A stretch of DNA of 64,000 nt from Alphaproteobacteria bacterium (GCA_964291265.2 OZ219747.1:3040001-3104000), one strand, 5' to 3'. Shown: positions 26,001 to 32,727, counted from the stretch's first letter. Made by a program: numbers and translations. Notes: generated by a model from the sequence alone, not told the origin.

Positions 26001-26619
26001 GACGACGCGGCTGCGGCTGCTTCTGGAAGGGTCCCATGAGCACGGGACGGCGAGTGGCGCGACGCTGACGCCGGCGCTGGAGGTGGGGGTGCGCCACGAC
26101 GGCGGCGACCTGGGTCGGGGCTTCGGGATGGAGGCGGGGGCGGGCCTGACCTGGCGCGACTCGGCGGCGGGTCTGACGGCGGAGTTGCGCTCTCGCATCC
26201 TGGCGGCGCACGAGCGCGACCGAGACGAGTGGGGGGTGAGCGCGCTGGTGCGTTTCGACCCCGAAACCGACGGGCGCGGAACCTTTGTGACCTTCAGCCC
26301 CTCGCACGGGTGGACGGAGAGCAACATCGGCCAGTTGTTCGACTATAGTCTGCCCACGGCCGCGGCCGACGCGGCGGTGGGCGACATGGATGGCCGTCTG
26401 GAGGCGGAAGTGGGCCATGGCTTCGGTCTGCCGGGTCCGGGGCCGCTGGCGGTGTTGACGCCGTATTCCGGGCTGAGCCTTGCGGAGTCGGGCGAGCAGA
26501 CAGTGCGGCTGGGCACACGCTACCGCCTGGGTGTGCTCGATCTGGATGGCGAGTTCATGCACCGGCCGGGAGTGGCGGGCGAGCAGCGCATGATGCTGCG
26601 CGGCACACTGAGCTGGTGA
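8083..26619 (+). CDS. Giant adhesin/autotransporter, C-terminal part (FN3, Calx-beta and PKD-like repeats, C-terminal beta-barrel)
   Basis: 6178-aa ORF with Calx-beta motifs (ATAGEDF, DDxxDExDETFTVTL). The last ~450 aa have a linker helix followed by amphipathic beta strands ending LRGTLSW. No signal peptide of its own, so it is a continuation of the upstream ORF. Confidence 0.88.
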   Translation: MTVTASDGNGNADTATVVITVVRGTPGVTVTPTSLRVFEGTSETYTVVLDAPPSGPVTITLGGASGDVTVNPGGLSFTPSNWSAPQTVRVSAAPDRDSNTDPDVILTHRASGGGYDSVSVDQVTVSVIETNVEIAKPVLTAVPGDQRVTLVWDAHVLSGWIYQYREAGSGDQGWKPPNWRGDVPGGGDVTSHVVTGLRNGVEYEFRIRGHRLWIPGPISNIATATPSPGLTLSRHALRVVEGGSATYKVALDRMPPENVKVVVGVSGDVTAAPDRLTFTPSNWSAPQTVKVSAGEDGDTADDIVTLRHTATGGGFDGTRSLGGVEVTVRDTTPGDRRPELTLPGDPLVVTEGEPIIVKVLSDRHLTGKVSVSLTLAPMSSSGFDAADIAGGLTQAREADFGSVPGLTGTVSIATLPDSVVESIEDYSIRLNDGAGYRVGSDRKAPGSLKDNTGIVSMPSALTVTEGTDSARFTVTASRPFGRTIAFHVSYDRGTATGAADPADGDYDNDAVTRVVFGPAETRKDIVIPLSDDGDVETDETIVVVISPVGAFVPTGFVLGNRKTTVTIADDDTGSVTVTPTRLRVPEGGSNTYTVVLDAKPWGNVTVTPSSTDRAVAMVSGPLTFTASDWSDPQTVTVRGVHDTDPDASDASVTVSHAMSGGGYTGVRAESVAVTVTDDDAAADVDSRPSVEVELNNSGAVIGARARTPHTVSVTLDTVVRATILNSSREVNLFIRTPRDTVGPFSRELGTHTIEGELAGIPGYISRPGAKFRFVFQVDIAPPTLVAAVDRTVSVPWGQTVRQCFDLLAVKHGGTTYLERRAGRPAVSAHASLLDRKTGIVMSTSVPGIAEGRGLADLSPCVDLGPGVHRVTWVWRGPHGETIDRRQSTYVTVVAIPAAPRNLSASPGPEHVSLAWSTPPAAAPGARFSYQYRQKPGSGEYGPWTAVPGSGPATVGHRVTGLAPGVVHTFQVRAVDANGAGVASSEASAMLATRGVTVGTGSLTVREGGSGAYTVVLDAVPSGPVTVTPSSGDRSVAMVSGPLTFTAADWSKPQTVTVTGVRDEDTADEDVVVSHAVSGGGYAGVRVSSVTVTVTDTTPVLTLPTAPAAVVEGRPIVLTVASDRPLTGGLRVNLTLSDPETSGFAANDVAGGLTQAVEADFGSGGRTATVSIPTVADISVEGTESYLVTLNDGPGYAPGVAVVVAGELSDAPRRPEKPTSLRATASEDRVTLTWTAQADPSIRGWQYRERVKGYSSWLLFLGSGVKVAHASAGAGAAVRARTIDMTREYSSDGSVKNTVRRVYNGFVLEYQIRSWNDEGEGPWSDIAEVVTVNADSGATVIVSRDAIALRPGDSATWSVAMNSVLAGKVSLSARGAGGVRVEPSVLTFAGGSGQIPQEVTVTGLVEGRATIVHAYTGLGSTAVNVANAAEVAVTVTRSGAISPVRPAGFTATAGDKRVVLRWSDPGDATIATWQLRQRRSASNTAWARFPWTDIPSSDKDTVSHTVTGLDGGRSYDFQVRAVNAVGPGPASATRSAVPTGGASVTVTPIRLTVDEGGTGSFTIVLNEEPTVARLRVEAKIDRTSPQHSFAEDGLFFEASTARDKSDRYETIFLTFTPGNWNIPQKVTLRGLRDRDDRDDPITVVIDQGPSGGLWHRSNYRGIDIPNVTVTIRDASPALQLLSDPAPVTEGTPVRLTVTADRKRTGTLPVNLTLSSRSFGGFDASDIPGALTQTFEADFGSTPSRTGTVSIPTLADADTAEGAEAYAIRLNPVVGGYTVGDDVTAEGVLNDGAAATRPARPTGLAATAGDGAVALMWDDPQDATITGWQVRHSAMVSGWQGASWTDVPDAGAGTTTHRVTGLVNDRGYRFQVRAVNPAGSSLPSDVVVATPNAVPCRIGLAGLDGGAIDAGRATVSFQVKVPANCGRITDVRRQVKTTAQEWSDVPWTPLAVRAVRGWPNAGAARTGKETAELTVERGRLDVRVRAFNQQAAGPVSETAWAWFGAPDAPTGFTAAPGDGQVTLTWNAQPDQGVTGWRYTYRPSDSSEWTTVPVAGAATTTTTVTGLTNGTQYLFHVRAVGHNWSDWSAVAAVTPVNAPPCRIGIAEPRGSAISAGAEASLSFRVKVPANCGRITDIQRQIKTVAEDWDDVSWTPLSTPGARSWPNANTPATGKETATLANAQRGRHDVRVRAFNEEAGGQVSETAWAWIGAPDAPSGFAAAPGDGRMTLTWDAQPDQAISVWRYRYRSGSGPWVESVLAGSVPSSFTITGLINGTEYVFQLRAEGQGPGAWSAEVKATPAAPRSVWVPRTLTVAEDAGAVTVTVTASEAFGQGVAFNVTYGGTATGAAAPAEGDYDNDAVTEVTFSATETEKAIVIPITNDDDVEGNETFTVSVTPAGGLPDGWTLGNTTTTVTIADDDRAALAIADVTAAEGATFAFTVTASPVLSEPVGFKYKVTAASGDTAAAGEDFTAVTTATAATIAGGEATATITVAVTDDSLDEDDETFTVTLSEPSAGVRIGDATARGTITDNDEPPALAIAAPPAAVTEGDSGSTDMAFTVTLDAASGRTVTVNHAVAGTATATAGTDFTGGAGTLSFAPGETTKSITLSVTGDETDEADETVVLTLSNAQNATIATPTASATITDDDASPVLAALTALTVKVGEEASLTARASDADNDPITYAWRRTSGPTLPSGATLDAATLRFTPTAPGAYAMTVTASDGKGNADSASVTITVNPATAVSVPRTLGVAENAGTADIAITTPAAFGQSVAFAVTYGGAATGANDPAEGDYDNDAVTEVTFNATDKTKTISVPITDDVLDENNETFTVTIALAEGQSLPRGFVLGNTTTTVTITDDDTLATTWTLSLDPATLAEASATTQVTLTATRAGTATALAATEIAVSVAGGTATAGEDFTAVTGFTLTVAPGATTGTADFNLAVTDDARDEADETLTVTGVLAGNTITPARLTITDNDEPPALAIAAPPAAVTEGDSGSTDMAFTVTLDAASGRTVTVNHAVAGTATATAGTDFTGGAGTLSFAPGETTKSITLSVTGDETDEADETVVLTLSNAQNATIATPTASATITDDDASPVLAALTALTVKVGEEASLTARASDADNDPITYAWRRTSGPTLPSGATLDAATLRFTPTAPGAYAMTVTASDGKGNADSASVTITVNPATAVSVPRTLGVAENAGTADIAITTPAAFGQSVAFAVTYGGAATGANDPAEGDYDNDAVTEVTFNATDKTKTISVPITDDVLDENNETFTVTIALAEGQSLPRGFVLGNTTTTVTITDDDTLATTWTLSLDPATLAEASATTQVTLTATRAGTATALAATEIAVSVAGGTATAGEDFTAVTGFTLTVAPGATTGTADFNLAVTDDARDEADETLTVTGVLAGNTITPARLTITDNDEPPALAIAAPPAAVTEGDSGSTDMAFTVTLDAASGRTVTVNHAVAGTATATAGTDFTGGAGTLSFAPGETTKSITLSVTGDETDEADETVVLTLSNAQNATIATPTASATITDDDASPVLAALTALTVKVGEEASLTARASDADNDPITYAWRRTSGPTLPSGATLDAATLRFTPTAPGAYAMTVTASDGKGNADSASVTITVNPATAVSVPRTLGVAENAGTADIAITTPAAFGQSVAFAVTYGGAATGANDPAEGDYDNDAVTEVTFNATDKTKTISVPITDDVLDENNETFTVTIALAEGQSLPRGFVLGNTTTTVTITDDDTLATTWTLSLDPATLAEASATTQVTLTATRAGTATALAATEIAVSVAGGTATAGEDFTAVTGFTLTVAPGATTGTADFNLAVTDDARDEADETLTVTGVLAGNTITPARLTITDNDEPPALAIAAPPAAVTEGDSGSTDMAFTVTLDAASGRTVTVNHAVAGTATATAGTDFTGGAGTLSFAPGETTKSITLSVTGDETDEADETVVLTLSNAQNATIATPTASATITDDDASPVLAALTALTVKVGEEASLTARASDADNDPITYAWRRTSGPTLPSGATLDAATLRFTPTAPGAYAMTVTASDGKGNADSASVTITVNPATAVSVPRTLGVAENAGTADIAITTPAAFGQSVAFAVTYGGAATGANDPAEGDYDNDAVTEVTFNATDKTKTISVPITDDVLDENNETFTVTIALAEGQSLPRGFVLGNTTTTVTITDDDTLATTWTLSLDPATLAEASATTQVTLTATRAGTATALAATEIAVSVAGGTATAGEDFTAVTGFTLTVAPGATTGTADFNLAVTDDARDEADETLTVTGVLAGNTITPARLTITDNDEPPALAIAAPPAAVTEGDSGSTDMAFTVTLDAASGRTVTVNHAVAGTATATAGTDFTGGAGTLSFAPGETTKSITLSVTGDETDEADETVVLTLSNAQNATIATPTASATITDDDASPVLAALTALTLKVGEEASLTARASDADNDPITYAWRRTSGPTLPSGATLDAATLRFTPTAPGAYAMTVTASDGKGNADSASVTITVNPATAVSVPRTLGVAENAGTADIAITTPAAFGQSVAFAVTYGGAATGANDPAEGDYDNDAVTEVTFNATDKTKTISVPITDDVLDENNETFTVTIALAEGQSLPRGFVLGNTTTTVTITDDDTLATTWTLSLDPATLAEASATTQVTLTATRAGTATALAATEIAVSVAGGTATAGEDFTAVTGFTLTVAPGATTGTADFNLAVTDDARDEADETLTVTGVLAGNTITPARLTITDNDEPPALAIAAPPAAVTEGDSGSTDMAFTVTLDAASGRPVTVNHAVAGTATATPGTDFTGGAGTLSFAPGETTKSITLSVTGDETDEADETVVLTLSNAQNATIATPTASATITDDDASPVLAALTALTLKVGEEASLTARASDADNDPITYAWRRTSGPTLPSGATLDAATLRFTPTAPGAYAMTVTASDGKGNADSASVTITVNPATAVSVPRTLGVAENAGTADIAITTPAAFGQSVAFAVTYGGAATGANDPAEGDYDNDAVTEVTFNATDKTKTISVPITDDVLDENNETFTVTIALAEGQSLPRGFVLGNTTTTVTITDDDTLATTWTLSLDPATLAEASATTQVTLTATRAGTATALAATEIAVSVAGGTATAGEDFTAVTGFTLTVAPGATTGTADFNLAVTDDARDEADETLTVTGVLAGNTITPARLTITDNDEPPETPDQPSGLVATPGDGRVTLVWSDPQDASIVKWQLRYGKVGESLKRWADIEGSSATTTSHTVTGLENGSAYRFRIRTVKRGSKGLRSEDVTATPSAETPDQPSGLVATPGDGRVTLVWSDPQDASIVKWQLRYGKVGRSLKRWADIEGSSATTTSHTVTGLENGSAYRFRIRTVKRGSKGLRSEDVTATPSAATPDQQSGLVATPGDGRVTLSTAALTVEEGGSATYTVVLNAEPSGNVTVTVGGASGDVRVEPANLTFTVADWSVPQTVTVSAAEDDDAVADAAVTLTHGASGGGYDGVEIASITVTVTENDEAGVTVSESVLTVEEGGSATYTVVLETKPTGDVTVTVGDASGDVRVAPSSLTFTVADWSAPQTVTVSAAEDDDAVADAAVTLTHGASGGGYGGVEIASITVTVTENDEAGVTVSESALTVEEGSSATYTVVLETEPAGDVTVMPSSADLSAVAVSGPLIFTASDWKVPQTVTVTGMLDDDTDDVVAVVSHAVSGGDYDGVTADPVRVTVTDMTLAWQVERANRVNASVLPQVAAAVVSQTLSAVTERIDVAAAGDEGSGSMQFGALPSAPDEPARDFLPRPEQSGPGPTLAEALDGASFMLPLGATEDEAIPPRAVMWGRGGRVSLSGSEQGVSWDGGLWSAQLGADVRLRRNLLAGMAVSWSEGKVDTGTADGGGGEVDGTHETTVTSINPYLAWLSPDGSNLWASVGYGLGEVRIAEGDAPARRADLTQWSAAAGGRGVLVGDAELIAGGVTRLATKGEGAASWLRTGVDHGLAELTAKTTRLRLLLEGSHEHGTASGATLTPALEVGVRHDGGDLGRGFGMEAGAGLTWRDSAAGLTAELRSRILAAHERDRDEWGVSALVRFDPETDGRGTFVTFSPSHGWTESNIGQLFDYSLPTAAADAAVGDMDGRLEAEVGHGFGLPGPGPLAVLTPYSGLSLAESGEQTVRLGTRYRLGVLDLDGEFMHRPGVAGEQRMMLRGTLSW
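11059..14319 (+). repeat. 3261-bp internal duplication, copy 2
   Basis: Near-identical to 4203-7463. Confidence 0.95.
15654..23620 (+). repeat. Six tandem 1323-bp (441-aa) coding repeats
   Basis: ACCGACAACGACGAGCCCCCG recurs at 15661, 16984, 18307, 19630, 20953, 22276 and 23599. Confidence 0.97.
23619..24252 (+). repeat. 288-bp FN3 tandem repeat (2 copies plus a partial third)
   Basis: ETPDQPSGLVATPGDGRVTL at 23619 and 23907; truncated copy at ~24195. Confidence 0.92.
24268..25190 (+). repeat. Three diverged 321-bp (107-aa) Calx/cadherin-like repeats
   Basis: TTGACGGTGGAGGAAGGC at 24268, 24589 and 24910. Confidence 0.88.
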
Positions 26620-26940
26620 AGGTGTCTTGCGACTGTTGCCGGGAGGGTTCCGGTTCCGAGGTGTTGCGGCATCTTTGAAGCCTTGCCTGTCCTCCGAGTC
26701 CCGTTGTCCGGGCCCTGGCGATGCCAGGATGTGAGGTTGGCATCGAGAGAGCGATGCGATAGCGCAGAGAGCCTTGCCGACAACCCGCATCGCAGCACCC
26801 GGACGATCTGGTGTGTGAGGGAGCGAACTCTTGCGCATGGCCAGGCAAACTCCGCCCAGAAGCACCACTCTGATCTGGAAACATCGAAGCCGATGTTGAT
26901 GGCTGCATAGAACGGCGGGATTTCGGCGATTTGCCGCGCT

Positions 26941-27055
26941 TTGTCAGGGTCGTGTTTCTTCCCTGTTGTCAGGTCCTATTGTCACGTCCTGTTGTCGTGG
27001 TTTGAGTGTTCGGTTGATTGTCTCATCGAGCGCCGCCGTCTTTATCCTAATTGTC
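26941..27055. repeat. Cluster of short CCT(G/A)TTGTC direct repeats in an intergenic region
   Basis: CCTGTTGTC 26962, CCTATTGTC 26975 and CCTGTTGTC 26988 (13-bp period). Related TTGTC cores at 26941, 27018 and 27051. Confidence 0.6.
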
Positions 27056-27143
27056 GTTTTGGTCCGGTTCGGTTTCCGGCGGCCTTTGCTGGAGCCATCG
27101 ACGGCAGGGAAGAGGTGGCGGCATCGGCCCATTGAAAGGGAAG

Positions 27144-27710
27144 TCAGGCGGCCCGGTCGAGTGCGCCGAGGGCATCCCGCAGGATGACGGAGGCGGCCAC
27201 GGCATCGATCCAGTGCTGGCCTTGACGCTTCCGGCCTTCGTTTTCGGCGATGATCCCTGCGGCCTCGAAGGTGCTGAGCCGCTCGTCCCACATGAGAACC
27301 GGCAGTCCGAGACCGGCCTGGAGATTGATCCCCGTCTGCCAGGCGGAGCGGGCCCGTGGTCCCTCGCTGCCATCCATGTTGACGGGGTGTCCGAGAACGA
27401 TGCCGGTGGCGCCTCTCGTGTCGACGACGCCCTGCAGATGCGTCAGGACCTCCTTCCAGCGCCGGCGCACGAGAACCCCGACCGGCGAGGCGATCATCCT
27501 GCATGCATCGCTGGCCGCGATGCCGATGCGCTTCGCGCCGGGATCGATTCCCAGAAGCGCGCCCTCCGGAGAAAACGCGAGGAAGGCTGCGACGTCCCGC
27601 TGCGGCTTGTCCGGGAGGTGCGACGCTGATAGCCTTGGCGGCGATGGGTGATGGTCAGTCACGGTTCCATCCCCGACACTGGACGCCCATATGCCATCCG
27701 GCCAGAGCAT
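27144..27710 (-). CDS. ruvX: Holliday junction resolvase-like / pre-16S rRNA nuclease YqgF
   Basis: LLGIDPGAKRIGIAASD...VLGHPVNMDGSEG...WDERLST...IDAVAASVIL. The true start is probably downstream of 27710. Divergent from gatC. Confidence 0.92.
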   Translation of the reverse strand: MLWPDGIWASSVGDGTVTDHHPSPPRLSASHLPDKPQRDVAAFLAFSPEGALLGIDPGAKRIGIAASDACRMIASPVGVLVRRRWKEVLTHLQGVVDTRGATGIVLGHPVNMDGSEGPRARSAWQTGINLQAGLGLPVLMWDERLSTFEAAGIIAENEGRKRQGQHWIDAVAASVILRDALGALDRAA

Positions 27711-27718
27711 ACCGGCAG

Positions 27719-28006
27719 ATGAAGTTTGACAAGAACACCGTCGCGCGGGTTGCTCGACTGGCGCGCATCGCGACTGGCGACACCGAATGCCGGCAGCTTG
27801 CCGACGAGATCTCGTCCATCATCGCATGGATCGACACGCTGGGCGAGGTCGATACCGACGATGTCGAGCCCATGACCGGCGTTGGTGCCATGACGCTGAA
27901 GTGGCGCTGCGACGAGGTCACGGACGGCGGCATCGCCGATGACATCACGGCCAACGCCCCGGCTTCGGTCGACGGGTGCTTTGTCGTGCCGAAGACCGTC
28001 GAATGA
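27719..28006 (+). CDS. gatC: Asp/Glu-tRNA amidotransferase subunit C
   Basis: [18 protein letters not shown]...VDTDDVEPM...NAP...FVVPKTVE; overlaps the gatA start. Confidence 0.95.
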   Translation: MKFDKNTVARVARLARIATGDTECRQLADEISSIIAWIDTLGEVDTDDVEPMTGVGAMTLKWRCDEVTDGGIADDITANAPASVDGCFVVPKTVE

Positions 28007-29475
28007 CCGCGCTGACGGACCTGACGATCGCCGGCGCCCGTGATCTCCTTGCGGCAGGCGAGATCTCGGCGGTGGATCTTGCCCGTGCCCATCTCGCGGC
28101 CATGGAGCGCCACCGGGGTCTCAATGCCTTCATCACGGAAACGCCCGATCGGGCCCTGGAGCTTGCCGAAGCCTCGGACCGTCGCCGCCGGGCCGGTGAG
28201 GCCGGCCTTCTCGAGGGCATCCCGGTCGCGATCAAGGACCTGTTCTGCACGAAGGACATCCCGACGACCGCCGGATCGCGCATTCTCGCTGGTTTCACGC
28301 CCTTCTACGAATCGACGGTGAGCGCAGCCATGCTGCGCGAAGGCGCGGTCGTGCTGGGCAAGACGAACCTCGACGAGTTCGCGATGGGGTCTTCCAACCT
28401 CACGAGCTGGTACGGCCCGGCGATCAATCCCTGGCGGGCGACAGGGGACGGCAAGGCGCGGGTTCCCGGCGGCTCGTCGGGCGGGTCCGCATCAGCGGTC
28501 GCGGCGCGCATGGCGATGGCGGCGACGGGCACGGATACCGGCGGCTCCATCCGTCAGCCGGCTGCCTTCACCGGCACCGTGGGACTCAAGCCGACCTACG
28601 GGCGGTGTTCGCGGCTCGGCATCATCGCCTTCGCCTCCTCCCTCGATCAGGCCGGTCCGCTGACCCGGACCGTACGCGATGCCGCGATCATGCTGGGCGC
28701 CATGGCGGGCCACGATCCCCTGGATTCGACCTCCGTGGACGTGCCTCTCGCCGATCTCGAGGACACTCTCGAGGCCGGCGTCCAAGGCATGACGATCGGC
28801 ATTCCCGATGAGTATCGTGTCGAGGGCATGCCGGCGGTGATCGATGACCTGTGGCAACGGGGTATCGCCTGGCTCGAGAGCGCAGGCGCACGTGTGCGCG
28901 AGGTCTCGCTGCCGCACACGCGGTACGCCTTGCCGGCCTACTACATCATTGCTCCGGCCGAGGCCTCTTCGAACCTCGCCCGCTATGATGGCGTCAGGTT
29001 CGGTCTGAGATGCGAGGGCGACGATCTCGTCTCGATGTACGAGAAAACGCGGGCCAGGGGATTCGGGGACGAGGTGAAGCGACGCATCCTCATCGGCACC
29101 TACGTCCTGTCCGAGGGCTACTTCGATGCCTACTATCTCAAGGCGCAGAAGGTGCGCACGCGCATCGCCGACGATTTTCGCGAAGCCTGGACCTCGGTTG
29201 ACGCACTGTTGACACCGACCACGCCGTCGGCTGCGTTTGCCGCCGACAGTCCTCCTCGCGATCCCGTTTCCATGTATCTCAACGATGTCTTCACGGTTCC
29301 GGCGAGCCTTGCCGGCCTCCCCGGCATTTCCGTGCCGGCGGGTCTTGACGGAAACGGATTGCCCCTTGGACTGCAGGTCATCGCCCGTCCGTTCGACGAG
29401 GCGCGCCTCATGCGGGTGGCAAGGACCATCGAAGGGGCCGCCGGGTTCGACACGGCGCCATCGGGTCTGACGTGA
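28003..29475 (+). CDS. gatA: Asp/Glu-tRNA amidotransferase subunit A
   Basis: Amidase signature [40 protein letters not shown]. Confidence 0.98.
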   Translation: MTALTDLTIAGARDLLAAGEISAVDLARAHLAAMERHRGLNAFITETPDRALELAEASDRRRRAGEAGLLEGIPVAIKDLFCTKDIPTTAGSRILAGFTPFYESTVSAAMLREGAVVLGKTNLDEFAMGSSNLTSWYGPAINPWRATGDGKARVPGGSSGGSASAVAARMAMAATGTDTGGSIRQPAAFTGTVGLKPTYGRCSRLGIIAFASSLDQAGPLTRTVRDAAIMLGAMAGHDPLDSTSVDVPLADLEDTLEAGVQGMTIGIPDEYRVEGMPAVIDDLWQRGIAWLESAGARVREVSLPHTRYALPAYYIIAPAEASSNLARYDGVRFGLRCEGDDLVSMYEKTRARGFGDEVKRRILIGTYVLSEGYFDAYYLKAQKVRTRIADDFREAWTSVDALLTPTTPSAAFAADSPPRDPVSMYLNDVFTVPASLAGLPGISVPAGLDGNGLPLGLQVIARPFDEARLMRVARTIEGAAGFDTAPSGLT

Positions 29476-30944
29476 TGGCGGAGCTGATCGTAAGGGAGAG
29501 CGGGCCGTTTTCCTACGTCATCGGACTCGAGGTCCACGCGCAGATCGTCTCCTCGTCGAAGCTCTTTTCGGGAGCCTCCACCGCATTCGGCGCCGCTGCC
29601 AATACCCAGGTCTCGGCCGTCGATGCGGGCATGCCGGGCATGCTTCCCGTCATCAACATGGCCTGCATAGAACAGGCCGTGCGCACCGGGCTTGCCCTGG
29701 ACGGCGCCATCAACCGGCGATCCGTGTTCGAACGGAAGAACTACTTCTATCCGGACCTGCCGCAAGGCTATCAGATCTCGCAGTACCAGCAGCCGATCGT
29801 CACGGGCGGGTATGTCGTCATCGAACTCGATGACGGCGCCACACGGTCCATCGGCATCGAGCGCCTGCATGTGGAACAGGATGCCGGCAAGAGTCTGCAC
29901 GACAGGGATCCCGACCACTCGCTGGTCGATCTCAACCGTTCGGGCATCGGACTGATGGAGATCGTCTCCCTTCCCGAACTGGCGTCGCCCGACGAGGCCG
30001 TGCGCTATGTCAGAGCCCTGAGAAGCATCCTGCGCTATGCCGGAACGTGTGACGGCAACATGCAGGAGGGATCACTGCGCGTCGACGCCAACGTGTCGAT
30101 GAGACGCCCGGGAGAAGCGCTCGGCACGCGTTGCGAGATCAAGAACCTCAATTCCCTGAAATTCCTGCAGCGGGCCATCGAGTACGAGGGTCATCGTCAG
30201 GCGACGATCCTGGACGAGGGGGGAACGGTCCGTCAGGAGACCAGGCTCTTCGACGTGGAAGCGGGCGAGACCCGCAGCATGCGCAGCAAGGAGGATGCCG
30301 AGGACTATCGCTACTTCCCCGATCCGGATCTGCTGCCGCTCGACCTCGACGAGGCATGGATAGCCAGGATCGCGGATACGATGCCGGAGTTGCCCGATGC
30401 CCGCAAGCAGCGGTTCATGCGCGATTACGGCCTGTCATCCTATGATGCCGGCGTTCTCGTGGCGGAATGCGGCAACGCGGACTTCTTCGAGGACGTCGCC
30501 CGGGGGCGCGGCAGCAAGCTGGCAGCGAACTGGGTCATGACGGAGCTCTTCGGGCGTCTCAATCACGAGGGCATCGGTGTCGCGGACAGTCCGGTCGGAG
30601 CCGATGCTCTGGGCGGCCTCATCGATCTCATCGTCGATGACACCATCTCCGGGCGCATGGCCAAGGATGTCTTCGCGGAGATGTTTGCCACCGGCAGGGA
30701 CGCCGCCACGATCGTCGAGGAACGGGGGCTGAAGCAGGTCACGGACCTGGACAGCATCGTGGCTCTTGTGGACGGCGTTCTGGCGTCCCATCCTGATCAT
30801 GTGGCCGAGTACCGTGCCGGAAAGACGAAACTTCTCGGATTCTTCATGGGCGAGGTCATGAAGGCTTCACGCGGCCGCGCCAATCCCCGGGCCGTCAACC
30901 GGACGCTGCGCCTCAGACTGGGCGACGAAAGAGCAACCCGATGA
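29475..30944 (+). CDS. gatB: Asp/Glu-tRNA amidotransferase subunit B
   Basis: [36 protein letters not shown]. Confidence 0.98.
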   Translation: MAELIVRESGPFSYVIGLEVHAQIVSSSKLFSGASTAFGAAANTQVSAVDAGMPGMLPVINMACIEQAVRTGLALDGAINRRSVFERKNYFYPDLPQGYQISQYQQPIVTGGYVVIELDDGATRSIGIERLHVEQDAGKSLHDRDPDHSLVDLNRSGIGLMEIVSLPELASPDEAVRYVRALRSILRYAGTCDGNMQEGSLRVDANVSMRRPGEALGTRCEIKNLNSLKFLQRAIEYEGHRQATILDEGGTVRQETRLFDVEAGETRSMRSKEDAEDYRYFPDPDLLPLDLDEAWIARIADTMPELPDARKQRFMRDYGLSSYDAGVLVAECGNADFFEDVARGRGSKLAANWVMTELFGRLNHEGIGVADSPVGADALGGLIDLIVDDTISGRMAKDVFAEMFATGRDAATIVEERGLKQVTDLDSIVALVDGVLASHPDHVAEYRAGKTKLLGFFMGEVMKASRGRANPRAVNRTLRLRLGDERATR

Positions 30945-31558
30945 TCGACCTCTACACGGCGGCGACTCCCAACGGCCGCAAGGCCTCCATCATGCTGGAG
31001 GAGGTGGGCCTCGCCTACACCGTCCACCACGTCGACATCGGTGCCGGCGAGCAGTTCGAACCGGCCTTTCTCGGGATCAGTCCCAACAACAAGATTCCGG
31101 CGATCGTCGACAGCGAGGGACCGGGGGGCGAACCGGTCAGTGTCTTCGAATCGGGAGCGATTCTCATCTATCTCGCCGAGAAGACAGGCTGCCTCATGCC
31201 CTCCGATGCACGGCAACGTCTCGATGTGCTGCAGTGGCTGATGTTCCAGATGGGCGGTGTCGGACCGATGTTCGGCCAGGCCAATCACTTCATCAAGTTC
31301 GCCAGCGAGGATGTGCCCTACGGGAAGACCCGCTACCGCAACGAGGTGATGCGTCTCCTTGGAGTCATGGAACGGCGCCTGGCAGAGGTGCCCTGTCTTG
31401 CCGGGGACTACTCCATCGCCGACGTGGCGACCTGGCCATGGGTCATGCGTGCGGAGTGGTACGACACCGACTGGGGCCGGTTTCCGCACGTCCGTCGCTG
31501 GTACGACGCCATTGCCGAGCGTGACGCCGTCAGGCGGGGCGTTGCGGTGCCGTCATGA
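30941..31558 (+). CDS. Glutathione S-transferase family protein (YfcG-like disulfide oxidoreductase)
   Basis: [43 protein letters not shown]. Confidence 0.92.
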   Translation: MIDLYTAATPNGRKASIMLEEVGLAYTVHHVDIGAGEQFEPAFLGISPNNKIPAIVDSEGPGGEPVSVFESGAILIYLAEKTGCLMPSDARQRLDVLQWLMFQMGGVGPMFGQANHFIKFASEDVPYGKTRYRNEVMRLLGVMERRLAEVPCLAGDYSIADVATWPWVMRAEWYDTDWGRFPHVRRWYDAIAERDAVRRGVAVPS

Positions 31559-32039
31559 GTCTCGTTGCGCGCCCGGCGGTGAGACGGGTCCGCAGCGCTC
31601 TCGAAGCGCTGGGCAGCAGCGCCCGGGTGATCGAACTGGCGGCGACGGCGCGCACGGCCGGGGACGCGGCGGATGCCCTGGGCTGCCAGCAGGGCTCCAT
31701 CGTCAAATCACTCGTGTTCCGGGTCGCCGAAGTTCCGGTTCTGGCTCTCGTCGCCGGTGACCGCCGGGCGCACGAGACGAGGATTGCCGCGTCACTCGGT
31801 CTCGAGGGACCTGTGACGCGGGCCGACGCCGACTTCGTCAGGCAGACGACAGGATGTTCCATTGGCGGTGTCCCACCCGTGGGGCACCGGGTTCCCCTGC
31901 CTACGGTGATGGACGCCAGCCTGTGGCGTTTTCCCCTTGTCCATGCCGCTGCCGGCCACCCCACTGCGTCTTTGGCGAGACGCCCGACAACCTCGCCTCG
32001 ATGACGGGTGCGGTCGTCGACGGGGACATCGCGGCGTGA
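31555..32039 (+). pseudogene. YbaK/EbsC aminoacyl-tRNA deacylase family gene, frameshifted near the 3' end
   Basis: TARTA..AADALGC...IVKSLVF, IGGVPPVGH, AAAGHP in one frame. The expected tail HCVFGETPDNLASMTG continues in another frame; one base is missing at the C4 run 31959-31962. Confidence 0.8.
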
Positions 32040-32046
32040 CGGCGCG

Positions 32047-32718
32047 ATGAAGCGTACTCCCTGGGGATACGGGGCCGACAACGGTCCGGCGTGCTGGGCC
32101 CTGCTCGACCCCGACTACCGGCTCTGCGGCTGCGGCGCCGAGCAGTCTCCGGTCGATCTGGTGGACGCCCGCGCGGCGCGACTGCCGCCCCTTCGATTCA
32201 GCTACGGACCGGTCCGCGCGGCCATCGAAGACGCCGGCCCGACTGTCCAGTTCAATCCCGCTCCCGGTCACGGCCTCATGGTCGGTCGCCACCGCCATGA
32301 ACTCCGGCAGTTCCATTTTCACCATGGCAGCGAACACCTTGTCGAGGGCGCCAGGTGGCCGTTGGAACTGCACCTCGTGCACACGGACAGCAGGGGCGGA
32401 CTGGCGGTGGTCGGAGTCTTCATCCGCGCAGGCGAGGCCAATTCCGCGGTGGAGCGTCTGTGGATGGCCCTCGTGGACGACCCTGAATCGGTCGGGCATG
32501 TCGATATCGACCTGGCAACCCTGCTTCCGGCCACGACGAAGGCGTGGCGCTATCGTGGCTCCCTGACCACCCCGCCGTGCAGCGAGGGTGTCAGCTGGAT
32601 CATCCTGGCAGACATGCTCACCCTGTCAGCCCGTCAGGTTGCCGCGTTCACGAACTTTCGTCCGCCGAACTGCCGGCCGGTCCAGCCGTTGGGCGGGCGC
32701 CTGCTCACTGTCGGCTGA
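32047..32718 (+). CDS. Alpha-class carbonic anhydrase
   Basis: QSPVDL, QFHFHHGSEH, ELHLVH (Zn ligands), YRGSLTTPPCSEGV, RPVQPL. Confidence 0.95.
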   Translation: MKRTPWGYGADNGPACWALLDPDYRLCGCGAEQSPVDLVDARAARLPPLRFSYGPVRAAIEDAGPTVQFNPAPGHGLMVGRHRHELRQFHFHHGSEHLVEGARWPLELHLVHTDSRGGLAVVGVFIRAGEANSAVERLWMALVDDPESVGHVDIDLATLLPATTKAWRYRGSLTTPPCSEGVSWIILADMLTLSARQVAAFTNFRPPNCRPVQPLGGRLLTVG

Positions 32719-32727
32719 GTCCCTTGA

